DNA of 64,000 nt from positions 32,001 to 96,000 of the IMG/VR virus record IMGVR_UViG_3300026488_000015. One strand, written 5' to 3'. The translations under genes and the position numbers were made by a program. This stretch comes from a virus. Positions 46,705 through 55,798 of the stretch are shown here, one piece after another. Numbering within the stretch: the stretch's first letter is position 1; each line of letters opens with the position of its first letter. A model generated the notes under the pieces. That model ran no database searches. It worked only from the letters and a program-made list of their open reading frames with translations, and was not told the DNA's origin.

Positions 46705-48645
46705 CTAAAAATTGCTAGGTCCTTCAAACCCTTGACCTCCGCCACCTGCATCGTGGATATCGAATCCGTTAAAATTCGTTGGACTCTGTGGTTTGTCTTC
46801 AAGCTCATCATTAAACCCAAGGTCGAAAAAGGCACTCATTGATTCCTGATTCACATCCTCTGCCTTCTTTTGTGCTTCAATAAGAGAAATCATACCTTGG
46901 AAGTCATCAAAGTTTTTTATCTCCAAGAATACAGCAAATGTAAGAGCTAGAGCCATTGCCATATCATCCTTGTAACCTTCTTCTGCACTGAATGAACCAT
47001 TACTCTTTTCGATGAAAGAAAATAATTGATTCACGGTTAATTCGTCCTGAATGATAAGCTTACCCTCTTCAATGAATTTTTTCATAAACGATAGAATCTG
47101 CTTCTTTGTTCTCGTAGTGGTCCTAAAACCTTGTATTTTTTTATGCGATTCTTTGTATATATTTTCGTACTCGTAGTGATAGAATAGAGCATCCACGATA
47201 GTCTGGTCAAGATTATTCTCAACGACTACCAAAGCCTCATTGTAATACATACCAAGGTCGAATACTTTTGATGGAGCCGTTAGATACGATTCCTGAAGAT
47301 TCGCACAGGCTACTTGTTTAAAAGGAAGACCAGTCACATCGATTACCTGAATACCAGCATCATCGATACCATCTTTCTTAGGGTCCACTGTTAGGATATA
47401 ATGCTTACCCGGTTCGGGTTCATTAAAGATTCGTAGACCTTGAAAAATGTTATTAAATGTTATTTCGTCCTCTTCAACCCACGATAACGATTTTAGTACT
47501 GAACCAGTGATTAGTGTAGCAGAAGAACCTAAAAATTCCCCTCCAAAGTTTTGTTCGAAATACATTTGAGAAAATTTAGCTACTGTCTCGCTTCTGAAAT
47601 CATCATTTGTTTTAGGTGAACCATCTTTATTGAAACGGGGAACGCTTGTCCACGATGCTTCTGATAAAAGATACCCATTAATACCAGTATTGAAATTTAC
47701 TGTATATACATTGTCATTCAATGCAACAGAATCAATCTGCTTAGGCATACTGTCAAGGTTGTATAGCTCTTGTACTGTCATATTCTTAGCACCGATTTTG
47801 ATATTTTCATTCTCTTTGAAATCTTTAACGGCTTTCTTACGAGCACCTTTAACGAGAGCATAGAAATGATTCATACCACCAGCAGTACTCGATAGAATAG
47901 CTTGTGAATTTTGTAGAGCGGCCTGAGCAGGGAAAACTGAATCTGAAAATTCTTCCCATAACCCATTCTTAATAAAGGCAACCTCATCCACATAAAGGAT
48001 ATGAATAGAGTAACCACGAAATGAATCTGAAGATGTAGCTGATGTAAGAACTCTCGTTCCATTATCGAATTCGATTGATTGTTTATTCCATACAGTAACA
48101 CCTGATTGAAGCCAAATAGGTAATTCTAAAAAGATTTTCTTAATCTTATCTAGTACCTCAGTTGATAGTTTTTGTACATTGGCAGCGATACCAATATTGA
48201 TATTCGGGAAGAACATTGCTTTCCATAATAGATATATAGCCGTTGTAACGGTCTTGCCTGACTGTCTAGGAAAGAATAATACAACATCTTCACCAGTCAA
48301 ATAAGCATCTTCAGCATCTTCTTGATATTGTCTAGGTTCTGGTCTTGTGATACCAGTTCTATTAACAACTTTACAATAATGTTTTCGGAAGTATTTGAAG
48401 TCGTTCATACAATGATAAATTTCATTTTTGTGTACTTCGGTAAGTGCGAGTTTTGTGTCTGTTTTCTTCATAGTCTTAGCACCATTGTACGAAATCTTTG
48501 AACCAAAAGCATCCACATAGAATCCTTCATCGTTCGTTTTCATATCAATTTTCACTAAGATAGCATCTTTCTCTCTATCAGTAAGCTCAGAGCCTTTTTT
48601 ATCTGCTAGAGCGTCGAATAAACCCTTTTCAGTAGGTTCTTGCAT
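46705..48645 (-). CDS. gp17: Terminase large subunit
   Basis: Walker A PRQSGKT, Walker B LYVDE, G.NHFY, F.GS..TLI, nuclease TVDP and DDMAMAL; start probably MQEP. Confidence 0.95.
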   Translation of the reverse strand: MQEPTEKGLFDALADKKGSELTDREKDAILVKIDMKTNDEGFYVDAFGSKISYNGAKTMKKTDTKLALTEVHKNEIYHCMNDFKYFRKHYCKVVNRTGITRPEPRQYQEDAEDAYLTGEDVVLFFPRQSGKTVTTAIYLLWKAMFFPNINIGIAANVQKLSTEVLDKIKKIFLELPIWLQSGVTVWNKQSIEFDNGTRVLTSATSSDSFRGYSIHILYVDEVAFIKNGLWEEFSDSVFPAQAALQNSQAILSSTAGGMNHFYALVKGARKKAVKDFKENENIKIGAKNMTVQELYNLDSMPKQIDSVALNDNVYTVNFNTGINGYLLSEASWTSVPRFNKDGSPKTNDDFRSETVAKFSQMYFEQNFGGEFLGSSATLITGSVLKSLSWVEEDEITFNNIFQGLRIFNEPEPGKHYILTVDPKKDGIDDAGIQVIDVTGLPFKQVACANLQESYLTAPSKVFDLGMYYNEALVVVENNLDQTIVDALFYHYEYENIYKESHKKIQGFRTTTRTKKQILSFMKKFIEEGKLIIQDELTVNQLFSFIEKSNGSFSAEEGYKDDMAMALALTFAVFLEIKNFDDFQGMISLIEAQKKAEDVNQESMSAFFDLGFNDELEDKPQSPTNFNGFDIHDAGGGGQGFEGPSNF

Positions 48646-48655
48646 AGTATTTCCT

Positions 48656-49348
48656 TTAGTTGTTCCAGTAGTTAGCAAAATCTTTCTTTGCTTTATCTAA
48701 TTCTTTGTCTATCTTATCAAAAACTTTCATAACTTTTTTAAGCATAGATAGTTCCTTTTTTGAATCTTTAATCTCTGTTTGGTATTCTACTATTCTTTCT
48801 TTAGTTGTTATTATATAATCTTCGAGATAACCTATATTAGCTATTCTTATTTCGGTTCGTTTCTTTAGCTTCTGCTGGAATGCTTTTACTGGATATTCAG
48901 TATCGTTCCTTAAACCCGACCTTAGTTCTTCTATTTCTTCCTTGTATTTTTTAATATTTTTTAATTCAGTTTCAATACCACTATCTGCTGAGTGTTGGTG
49001 GTGCTCAGTCTTCTCTATATCAAGTACCACACTCTCTCTGTCTTCATAAGGTTTTGATTCTTTGGGTAACTTGAATTTTTTAAGTAGCTTCTTCTTTTCT
49101 TCTTTCAAAAAATCTCTTAGCTCCAGTGAGTGTAAATCGCCAGCATATAAAGTTTTGCTTTTACTACTACTGGAATAATCGCTCTTATTTCGAAAAGCAC
49201 TAGATATTTGTGTAGAATGTGCATCTTTAACTTTCTTCTGAGCTATCTTAGAGAAATCTTGCTTTGAAGAATCAACACCGTATCTAGCCATCATATCTTC
49301 TATTTCTTTCTTTGACATTTCTGTTATTAAATCTTTAAAATTCTTCAT
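48656..49348 (-). CDS. Coiled-coil protein with capsid-targeting-like leader
   Basis: Starts MKNFKDLITE. Confidence 0.55.
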   Translation of the reverse strand: MKNFKDLITEMSKKEIEDMMARYGVDSSKQDFSKIAQKKVKDAHSTQISSAFRNKSDYSSSSKSKTLYAGDLHSLELRDFLKEEKKKLLKKFKLPKESKPYEDRESVVLDIEKTEHHQHSADSGIETELKNIKKYKEEIEELRSGLRNDTEYPVKAFQQKLKKRTEIRIANIGYLEDYIITTKERIVEYQTEIKDSKKELSMLKKVMKVFDKIDKELDKAKKDFANYWNN

Positions 49349-49593
49349 AGTAATCCCATCTCCTTTATTTGAAAAAGTTGTTTTCCTTGAGCCTTGACTA
49401 CTAATTGTTTACCATCATAAGAAAACATTATTTCATCGTTGTTCCAATAGAAAGTTGTTGAGCCTTTCTTCTCAATCTTACCGTGTTCGCCGTCAATCCA
49501 TCTAGTAAATGATTTAGCGAAATCATTTTTGTTTACTTTATAAGATAGACCTTCATTAATAATATTTTCAGCTATTTGTTTGAATGTTACCAT
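49345..49593 (-). CDS. Small protein with capsid-targeting-like leader
   Basis: MVTFKQIAENIINEGL. Confidence 0.55.
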   Translation of the reverse strand: MVTFKQIAENIINEGLSYKVNKNDFAKSFTRWIDGEHGKIEKKGSTTFYWNNDEIMFSYDGKQLVVKAQGKQLFQIKEMGLL

Positions 49594-49874
49594 TTGCCAT
49601 CGTTCTCTTCAGCTTCTTCAGCGTTAAAACCATAGTTCTTGATTTCTTCTCTGATAATGTCATCTATATTTCCGATTGTGGTGTTCACTTCATTAAGAGG
49701 TGAAGCAACTTCATTCTTTAGACCTAACATTTTCATAATCTCTCTAAGGTCTTCCAAATCTTCTTGTATATCAACCATTAAATCTTCGTAGTACTCAGCC
49801 ATTTCAAATTCTTCAACATCTTTGATGTCTTCATCACGAATATCTGCTTCAGCTATATTTTTAAAACTTCTCAT
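49587..49874 (-). CDS. Acidic protein with capsid-targeting-like leader
   Basis: MRSFKNIAE; late promoter at 49898. Confidence 0.55.
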   Translation of the reverse strand: MRSFKNIAEADIRDEDIKDVEEFEMAEYYEDLMVDIQEDLEDLREIMKMLGLKNEVASPLNEVNTTIGNIDDIIREEIKNYGFNAEEAEENDGKW

Positions 49875-49896
49875 ATTCTTCTCCGAATGTTTATTG

Positions 49897-50238
49897 TTAT
49901 TTATAGACTTCTGCTAGTCCAAGACTAAGAAGTTCTTCATTTATATCTGTCTCTTCAACGAACACAACACCTAAATATCTACCATATTTACCTTGTTTGT
50001 CTTTTGTTGTCTTAATGAATATTTCTTTGTTCATTTCATAAGCAAGATACAATCTCTCTCTTAAATAGTCACGAGAAATAATCCCTGATTCGTACTCATC
50101 ACCTCGAAGTTCTGGTGTATCAATACCTAATAATCTAATTGTTTCGTGTTTATAGATTCCGAAACCCAAATCTAAAATAACTTGAATTGTGTCACCATCA
50201 TATATTTTGACAATTTCTTTTACTCGGTATGTGTACAT
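49897..50238 (-). CDS. Staphylococcal-nuclease-like (thermonuclease) protein
   Basis: YDGDTI, IRLLGIDTPE, KYGRYLG, INEELL..GLA. Confidence 0.88.
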   Translation of the reverse strand: MYTYRVKEIVKIYDGDTIQVILDLGFGIYKHETIRLLGIDTPELRGDEYESGIISRDYLRERLYLAYEMNKEIFIKTTKDKQGKYGRYLGVVFVEETDINEELLSLGLAEVYK

Positions 50239-50248
50239 TGCTGACTCC

Positions 50249-50266
50249 TTTATAAATATTTATAAA
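50249..50266. promoter_or_regulatory. Palindromic pair of late promoters
   Basis: TTTATAAATATTTATAAA is a perfect palindrome with TATAAATA on each strand, between divergent genes. Confidence 0.7.
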
Positions 50267-50280
50267 CTACGGAGAACACA

Positions 50281-50862
50281 ATGAAATTCACAGAATTTAT
50301 AGCTGAACAAGATTTAACAGAAGAAACAGAAGATAAAATATCGATAATGATGTATATGATAGAAAATGATTCTATTCTTACGGAGAGTGATTTAGAAAAT
50401 CTTACAGAAGCACAAGAACTATTAATCATTGAAGGTGTACACGATTGGTTAAAGAAAACGGGGTTAAAACTTCATAAGGGTAACGGTATTATCGACTATG
50501 TGATTCAGTTTAGTAAAGGTGCAGGAAAACTTATAATGGCAGCATTTAAGAATGATAAAGAAGAAGTGAAGAGAATTGCAGGTACATTAAAGAAAGAACA
50601 AGTGATTGACTTTTTGTTAAAATTAGATATGGCAACGATACATATTGTTACTGGAACTATACACCGTATAGATGCTTGGACAGGATGGGATTTATCAGCG
50701 AATCTAAATGCTCTTGCTAAGAAAGCAGAAAGTTCATTACATACATTTTATAAAGCTATGAAATCTGTAAAAGATTCGTTATTATCTGTGCTAGACGGCG
50801 ATAAACAAAAAAGAATGATGAAATTAGCAGATAAAATAGAAAATAATCTTCCAGATTTATAG
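50281..50862 (+). CDS. Protein with capsid-targeting-like leader (only credible plus-strand gene)
   Basis: MKFTEFIAE, GGAG SD, late promoter; fills a gap in the minus-strand gene map. Confidence 0.75.
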   Translation: MKFTEFIAEQDLTEETEDKISIMMYMIENDSILTESDLENLTEAQELLIIEGVHDWLKKTGLKLHKGNGIIDYVIQFSKGAGKLIMAAFKNDKEEVKRIAGTLKKEQVIDFLLKLDMATIHIVTGTIHRIDAWTGWDLSANLNALAKKAESSLHTFYKAMKSVKDSLLSVLDGDKQKRMMKLADKIENNLPDL

Positions 50863-50880
50863 GAAGATTATTTTACTGAG

Positions 50881-51330
50881 CTAAGGCTTAACGAGTTCGA
50901 AATGCGGTAAATCATCAAAACTCTGGTCTCTAAATGTATCATCTCCATCCCAATCTAACCCAAAACGAACCTTGTGATTAATGGCACCTTGAGCATATAA
51001 ATCTTCTGATATTGCTTTAACCATACCCATCATCATATAAAATCTAGCATTGTCTTTAGTGTTATTACTAAAAGCATTTGAACCTTTCTTGTACGGCATA
51101 ATATCTACTGCGTAAGAAAAACCATCACCTTTATCTTGATGTTTAGATTTCTTTTTGATACCATCAAGCTTTGAACGGCCTTCGTTAAATAACATTTGTT
51201 GTCGTTCTTCAGTTCTAAGACCTTCGAGGACACTAAAATCGTAAAACTTAATGAGGACATTAAGAATTGCTTGAATGTCTTCGTGGCAAGTAACTAGTTG
51301 AGCTTCTGATTTTCTTCCAAAATTATACAT
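50881..51330 (-). CDS. Endolysin, peptidase M15 (L-Ala-D-Glu type)
   Basis: EGLRT.ERQ..L...G.S, SKH, AVDI, G.DW, DLPHFEL. Confidence 0.9.
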   Translation of the reverse strand: MYNFGRKSEAQLVTCHEDIQAILNVLIKFYDFSVLEGLRTEERQQMLFNEGRSKLDGIKKKSKHQDKGDGFSYAVDIMPYKKGSNAFSNNTKDNARFYMMMGMVKAISEDLYAQGAINHKVRFGLDWDGDDTFRDQSFDDLPHFELVKP

Positions 51331-51338
51331 ATTATCCT

Positions 51339-51929
51339 CTATTTTTTAAGTTTCTTTAAAAACTTTAATGATGGTAAGAATACCATTTCGATTGTCTTAC
51401 CTCTTTTAGAAGCAGATACAGTAAATTCTTCTGTTTCAAATTCTAATTCGTTATAATCTTTATCAAGAATTTTCTCTTTCATACCACCTTTCTCTAAAGC
51501 AGCAGCAAGTTTCATTAACCAACCTCTTGGTGGTTTAGATACATCGATGAAAATTTCTTTAGCATCATCTGTGTCCATCCAAATCGGGTCATCTTTTCTT
51601 ACTAATTTGTTTGTCTTACCAAAATTCTTATTGATTGAATCAACAACTTTCGCTACAGATTCAGCAGGTAAAGAACCTACATCAGCACCTTCTGTTAGTG
51701 AAACTGACCAAGACTTTGTGTATTTTTTAAATTTAGTAGGAATTTCAATTATACTATCATCAGCATAACTCCAATCTTTGTCTTTTAAACCATATTGCTT
51801 AAGACTATCTATGAAATAGAAAAAGTCATCATTTTCTTGTTCTTGTCCATCTGAATAAGTGCCAATTAAGTCACTCACATTTACTTTTAATGTTTTCTCT
51901 TCATTTACGAATTTACTAAATTTTATCAT
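51339..51929 (-). CDS. Putative internal head protein
   Basis: MIKFSKFVNE leader; internal LTE|G site. Confidence 0.55.
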   Translation of the reverse strand: MIKFSKFVNEEKTLKVNVSDLIGTYSDGQEQENDDFFYFIDSLKQYGLKDKDWSYADDSIIEIPTKFKKYTKSWSVSLTEGADVGSLPAESVAKVVDSINKNFGKTNKLVRKDDPIWMDTDDAKEIFIDVSKPPRGWLMKLAAALEKGGMKEKILDKDYNELEFETEEFTVSASKRGKTIEMVFLPSLKFLKKLKK

Positions 51930-52327
51930 TATGATTCTCCATTTTCGTGTTTAAATATTCTAATGTATGCTTTACCATCATTTTTCTTAGCGAACTCATT
52001 ACTAGCACTAAAAGAAAATTCAGTACCATCAGCAGTGAAAGTACCTTCTACATCTTCTGCTTTAGAAGCACTGTTTTGTTTGAATTTATATTTCTTTAAG
52101 AAATTTGTAAGTTCAACTTTTTGTTCATACGAAAATTCACCTTCAACAAACTGCCATAAATTGATACTTACACCATCCATACTACGAACTTTATCTTGTA
52201 GTTTACCTTTAGGTTTCATTCCAATCTTTTTTAATGCTAGAACTATAACTGACTCAACAAAATCCCAATCATCATCTTTCTTTGGGCTAAAAAGACCTTC
52301 ATTTACGAATTTACTAAATTTTATCAT
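51929..52327 (-). CDS. Putative internal head protein
   Basis: MIKFSKFVNEGLF. Confidence 0.55.
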   Translation of the reverse strand: MIKFSKFVNEGLFSPKKDDDWDFVESVIVLALKKIGMKPKGKLQDKVRSMDGVSINLWQFVEGEFSYEQKVELTNFLKKYKFKQNSASKAEDVEGTFTADGTEFSFSASNEFAKKNDGKAYIRIFKHENGES

Positions 52328-52337
52328 TTTGTTTCTC

Positions 52338-52880
52338 CTATACCTTTATATTCCAAAAAGCAAAAACTAATTCTTTGCCGTTTGCATCTTTTGCCATTAT
52401 TTCTGTATCAGCGTGTTTCTTATCGAGTTTTTGTTTTTGAACTGTAACAACTGTATCTTTAATAAGTTTTACATTTGTTTCGTATTCAAAATCAATCTTT
52501 TCGCCTTTCGCTAAAGTTACTTTTGTTTCGCCTTTAGTAATACTCTTCATAATATCTCTTGTATCAAAGAAAATTCCATTAGGGTTACCAACCCAATCTC
52601 TATTATGTTTGGCTTCTAACTTTCTCCACTCACTCCAAGGCATATTGATTGTTTTACCTGATTTATAATCAAGTAGTTCAATAGTTTCTTTTCCTAGTTT
52701 CGTCTTCTTATATAGTACATCGGGTATTACTTTAGCACTTTCTGATTTACCAATAGTTACAGACTCGCCTACATCGTGTTCATCATAAATTGACATACTT
52801 CTATCTAATTTATTTTTGAACCAAGACCAAAGACCTTCGTTTATATTGCTTTCTGATACGAACTCGCTAAATTTTATCAT
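52338..52880 (-). CDS. Putative internal head protein
   Basis: MIKFSEFVSESNINEGLW. Confidence 0.55.
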   Translation of the reverse strand: MIKFSEFVSESNINEGLWSWFKNKLDRSMSIYDEHDVGESVTIGKSESAKVIPDVLYKKTKLGKETIELLDYKSGKTINMPWSEWRKLEAKHNRDWVGNPNGIFFDTRDIMKSITKGETKVTLAKGEKIDFEYETNVKLIKDTVVTVQKQKLDKKHADTEIMAKDANGKELVFAFWNIKV

Positions 52881-52898
52881 TTTGTTTCTCCTATTTAA

Positions 52899-53201
52899 TT
52901 ACTTTAATCTTACCCATATCATTTTAATATCTTCAACTTCTATATTAACGAACTTTTGGTCGTTCCCGTCCACAGCTTTAATGGGTTTCAAAGACCTGAT
53001 ATTTTTTTCGTCTCTTTCCGTAAATACTCTTGAGCTTTGGATGCTACCATCTTCATCTTTGTATTCTACTTCACCAAACCAGCCTGTCCCATCAGTAGTC
53101 ATTACTTCTTTAAAACCATAGTTGTCCTTAGTCACTAAGTACATTTCTGATGCTTCATTTATTGCCTCATTGTCGTGAGTATATTCGCTAAATTTTTTCA
53201 T
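52899..53201 (-). CDS. Putative internal head protein
   Basis: Likely start MKKFSEY...INEA, overlapping the acb1 stop (TAATG) with AGGAG SD. Confidence 0.55.
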   Translation of the reverse strand: MKKFSEYTHDNEAINEASEMYLVTKDNYGFKEVMTTDGTGWFGEVEYKDEDGSIQSSRVFTERDEKNIRSLKPIKAVDGNDQKFVNIEVEDIKMIWVRLK

Positions 53202-53686
53202 TAGTCTTCTCCTTTTGTGTTTTTCCAATCTAAATTTAATTCTTCTGTGTATTCTTCTTGAACAAAGAAATCTATATCATCTAAATCTTCAATATCTAAA
53301 GTATTTATATCATAATCTTCTAAATCGTAGCTTAATGTGATATGAGGAATGTAATCAGGGAAATCATAAGTACCATCGTATTCTTTCATAAGATATTCGT
53401 GTCTTGCTTTTAAATCAGGAGAATCTAACTGCAGTACAAGTACTTTTGTGTCACCCTCAAAGATTTTAAATGAGTGTAGTGGTGTATCGTATTGAACTTT
53501 TCCAGCTGACTCATAGCCCTCAAGCTTTGAACGGCTAAACATAATAGTTGTATGGTAATCTGTATTGATATTAGGAATATCGTTATCTTTACAGAATTCC
53601 TCTAAACCCTTTTCAACATCTTTCGAGAAGCGACCACCAACATAGGTACCTTTCTTCTCTTCATTACAAAATTCTGAAAATCTCAT
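53201..53686 (-). CDS. acb1: Anti-CBASS 2H phosphodiesterase Acb1 (T4 gp57B-like)
   Basis: G.YV...FS, HTTIMFSR, LVL.LDS..L..RH, T.DF.DY.PHITLSY, EY.E.L.LDW are colinear with T4 57B; two HxT motifs. Confidence 0.88.
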   Translation of the reverse strand: MRFSEFCNEEKKGTYVGGRFSKDVEKGLEEFCKDNDIPNINTDYHTTIMFSRSKLEGYESAGKVQYDTPLHSFKIFEGDTKVLVLQLDSPDLKARHEYLMKEYDGTYDFPDYIPHITLSYDLEDYDINTLDIEDLDDIDFFVQEEYTEELNLDWKNTKGED

Positions 53687-54006
53687 CTATAACCCTTTTT
53701 ATTGATATATTCTATTGTAGTATCAGTTAATTTTGTTTTAATAGTATAGTACCAATTATCGTAAACTTTCGATTCAGAAGTCTTCTCTATTTCCCAATCA
53801 ATGTCGGGGAATTGTTTGCTTAATCTTCTCATATCTTTAATTACTACTTCAGACATATCGGTTCCATCACCTACAAGGTATTTCCCTTTTATGCTCCAAG
53901 AACCTACAATATCCGTAACTAGTCTTAAAATACTAGCAGTTTTATCATCTAATTTTGCTTTCTTACTAAATAATCCTTCCTTTATTAATTCGCTAAATGA
54001 TTTCAT
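53683..54006 (-). CDS. Putative internal head protein
   Basis: MKSFSELIKEGLF. Confidence 0.55.
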   Translation of the reverse strand: MKSFSELIKEGLFSKKAKLDDKTASILRLVTDIVGSWSIKGKYLVGDGTDMSEVVIKDMRRLSKQFPDIDWEIEKTSESKVYDNWYYTIKTKLTDTTIEYINKKGYR

Positions 54007-54668
54007 TAGTGTTTCTTTCCATTAATCGTTTTGATTTGCCAATCAGTAATAACTGGTTCTCTACCTTTAGTAAATCTTTGAGCAAGATAAGGGTCAATTT
54101 TAGCATCATAATCGATTTTAAACATTTTAGAACCGTTATCAAGTGTAATGTCAATGATAGTACCACCTAGCTCCATACTTCTGTATGTGAACATAACATA
54201 GTCGCCTACTTTAGGTTTTGTTGATTCAGTTACTTCAACTTTTTCTTCTTCCTTTTCAGGTTTCTCTTCATCTTTTACTTCCTTCTTCTCAGGTTTCTCT
54301 TCTTTTTTCTTAGGCTTTTCTTTCTTCTCAGGTTTCTCTTCAGGAACTTCTTCCTCTTCTGGCTCAGGCTCTAATTCAGCATCTTCACCTTCTTCAGTCT
54401 CTACATCAGCAATATTATCAGCTATGAACTGTCCCATTTCTGCACTTAAATCGTGTAGTTTTGCTTCCATATCTAAGATGTTAGCTCTAAGAGGATTATC
54501 CTCTCTCATAACTCCTAATACACCTAAAAGTGATACATTAGCTATACTCGCTTGAATTTCTTTCATCGCTGCTAGAGCCTCGTAACGAACTGCGTTTTCT
54601 GTTACTTCTGTTTCTGGAATGATTTCTACTTTTGATTTAACACCAAGATGGTCTTTGAATGATTTCAT
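54006..54668 (-). CDS. Putative core/internal protein with E/K/P-rich linker
   Basis: MKSFKDHL, VTE sites, EEKPEKKE repeats; first gene after late promoter 54691. Confidence 0.5.
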   Translation of the reverse strand: MKSFKDHLGVKSKVEIIPETEVTENAVRYEALAAMKEIQASIANVSLLGVLGVMREDNPLRANILDMEAKLHDLSAEMGQFIADNIADVETEEGEDAELEPEPEEEEVPEEKPEKKEKPKKKEEKPEKKEVKDEEKPEKEEEKVEVTESTKPKVGDYVMFTYRSMELGGTIIDITLDNGSKMFKIDYDAKIDPYLAQRFTKGREPVITDWQIKTINGKKH

Positions 54669-54693
54669 ATGGTTCTCCTAACTTTATTGATAT

Positions 54694-54975
54694 TTATAGG
54701 AGATAATGAGGGTGGAATTCTATGAGTATTTTTTTGAATGAGGGGAATTTTATTAGGTTATGCAATGATGTGTATATGTATTCTCCAGTGAATACGCCTT
54801 CGTTTGAGTATTCTTTAGTGTGGAATGAACCCCAAGAGTCTTCGTTTAAGTAGTTTTTAAGGATATTTTCGTATGAGTGGTATTTTATTTCATTCTGCCA
54901 TTTTATAGAGAAAATATGATGGACTCTTCCTTCCAAATCAATCACGAAAGGAAAACCAAAAGAGTCTTTATTCAT
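54694..54975 (-). CDS. Hypothetical protein
   Basis: ORF overlapping its neighbour; ends HPHYLL. Confidence 0.5.
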   Translation of the reverse strand: MNKDSFGFPFVIDLEGRVHHIFSIKWQNEIKYHSYENILKNYLNEDSWGSFHTKEYSNEGVFTGEYIYTSLHNLIKFPSFKKILIEFHPHYLL

Positions 54976-55216
54976 AACGAGATTCGCCGTTCCGTTCTAC
55001 TAGGATAGGTACTGGTGCTATGTCAAAATTGAATGCACAAGTGTCACCACATTTGTTGCAAGTGTATCTTACTAAATCTGTATCAGTACAATCTGCTTGG
55101 TCGTTGAGTGGGTCGCCACATCCGGGGCATTTACATACGCAACCACACTGCTCTAGTATTTTTTCTTCTCTACTCTTCTCTAGGCGGAACAGCTTTCTTA
55201 TGATTCCTAATAACAT
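54968..55216 (-). CDS. Zn-ribbon-like protein
   Basis: CPGC...CNKC. Confidence 0.55.
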   Translation of the reverse strand: MLLGIIRKLFRLEKSREEKILEQCGCVCKCPGCGDPLNDQADCTDTDLVRYTCNKCGDTCAFNFDIAPVPILVERNGESRYE

Positions 55217-55457
55217 ATTTGCCTCCTTCTTTGACTAAATATTTATTTAATATTGTTGTTTCTTGTACTGAAATATTTCTCCAATGGCCACCTTGACTAT
55301 CGTATAAAAATTCTTGGATTGTAGAACATTTCTCGCATATTCTATGTGATGGATAAAAACTATCGTATGTTTCATCAAGATATGTCCTTGAGATTACTTG
55401 ATTTACTTCCACCCATTTATGGAATTGATACCATTTACATTTCATTATTCTAGCCAA
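55170..55457 (-). CDS. Hypothetical protein
   Basis: C...H.W...R.C..C pattern; true start may be the second Met. Confidence 0.5.
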   Translation of the reverse strand: MARIMKCKWYQFHKWVEVNQVISRTYLDETYDSFYPSHRICEKCSTIQEFLYDSQGGHWRNISVQETTILNKYLVKEGGKYVIRNHKKAVPPREE

Positions 55458-55798
55458 TCAGATATTAAATCAGTTGTTTTATCTGTATTTTCTGCTTTGA
55501 AATAACAGATTGCCTCTACCGTTGTATTCTCAAATTCTACCTCGATAACGCCTCTAGTATATAAATCAGGCACATCTTCAAATCTATCCAATTCAATAAG
55601 CTGTTCTTCGGTTACTTCGTACAGTTCGCCTTGAATAATATTGCCTTCTTGAGGTCTATCCTCTAAGAAAGGGAAATACCAACGGCTCTTATACATAGGG
55701 TAAGGTACTGTCGTTTCGCAAGGAAACAAGAACTTGCTATGGTTGTAGTGGTTATTTCTGCAACCTTGTTTGAGTGTTCCATATACAAATAATTTCAT
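55445..55798 (-). CDS. Gamma-glutamylcyclotransferase (AIG2-like)
   Basis: LFVYGTLK.G..N, I.GELYEV, LDRFE...LY.R. Confidence 0.88.
   Translation of the reverse strand: MKLFVYGTLKQGCRNNHYNHSKFLFPCETTVPYPMYKSRWYFPFLEDRPQEGNIIQGELYEVTEEQLIELDRFEDVPDLYTRGVIEVEFENTTVEAICYFKAENTDKTTDLISDWLE

Noticed and set aside
47686-47838. Active intein or intron in gp17
   Set aside because: Frame is continuous, splice-junction residues and homing endonuclease motifs are absent; kept only as a possible remnant
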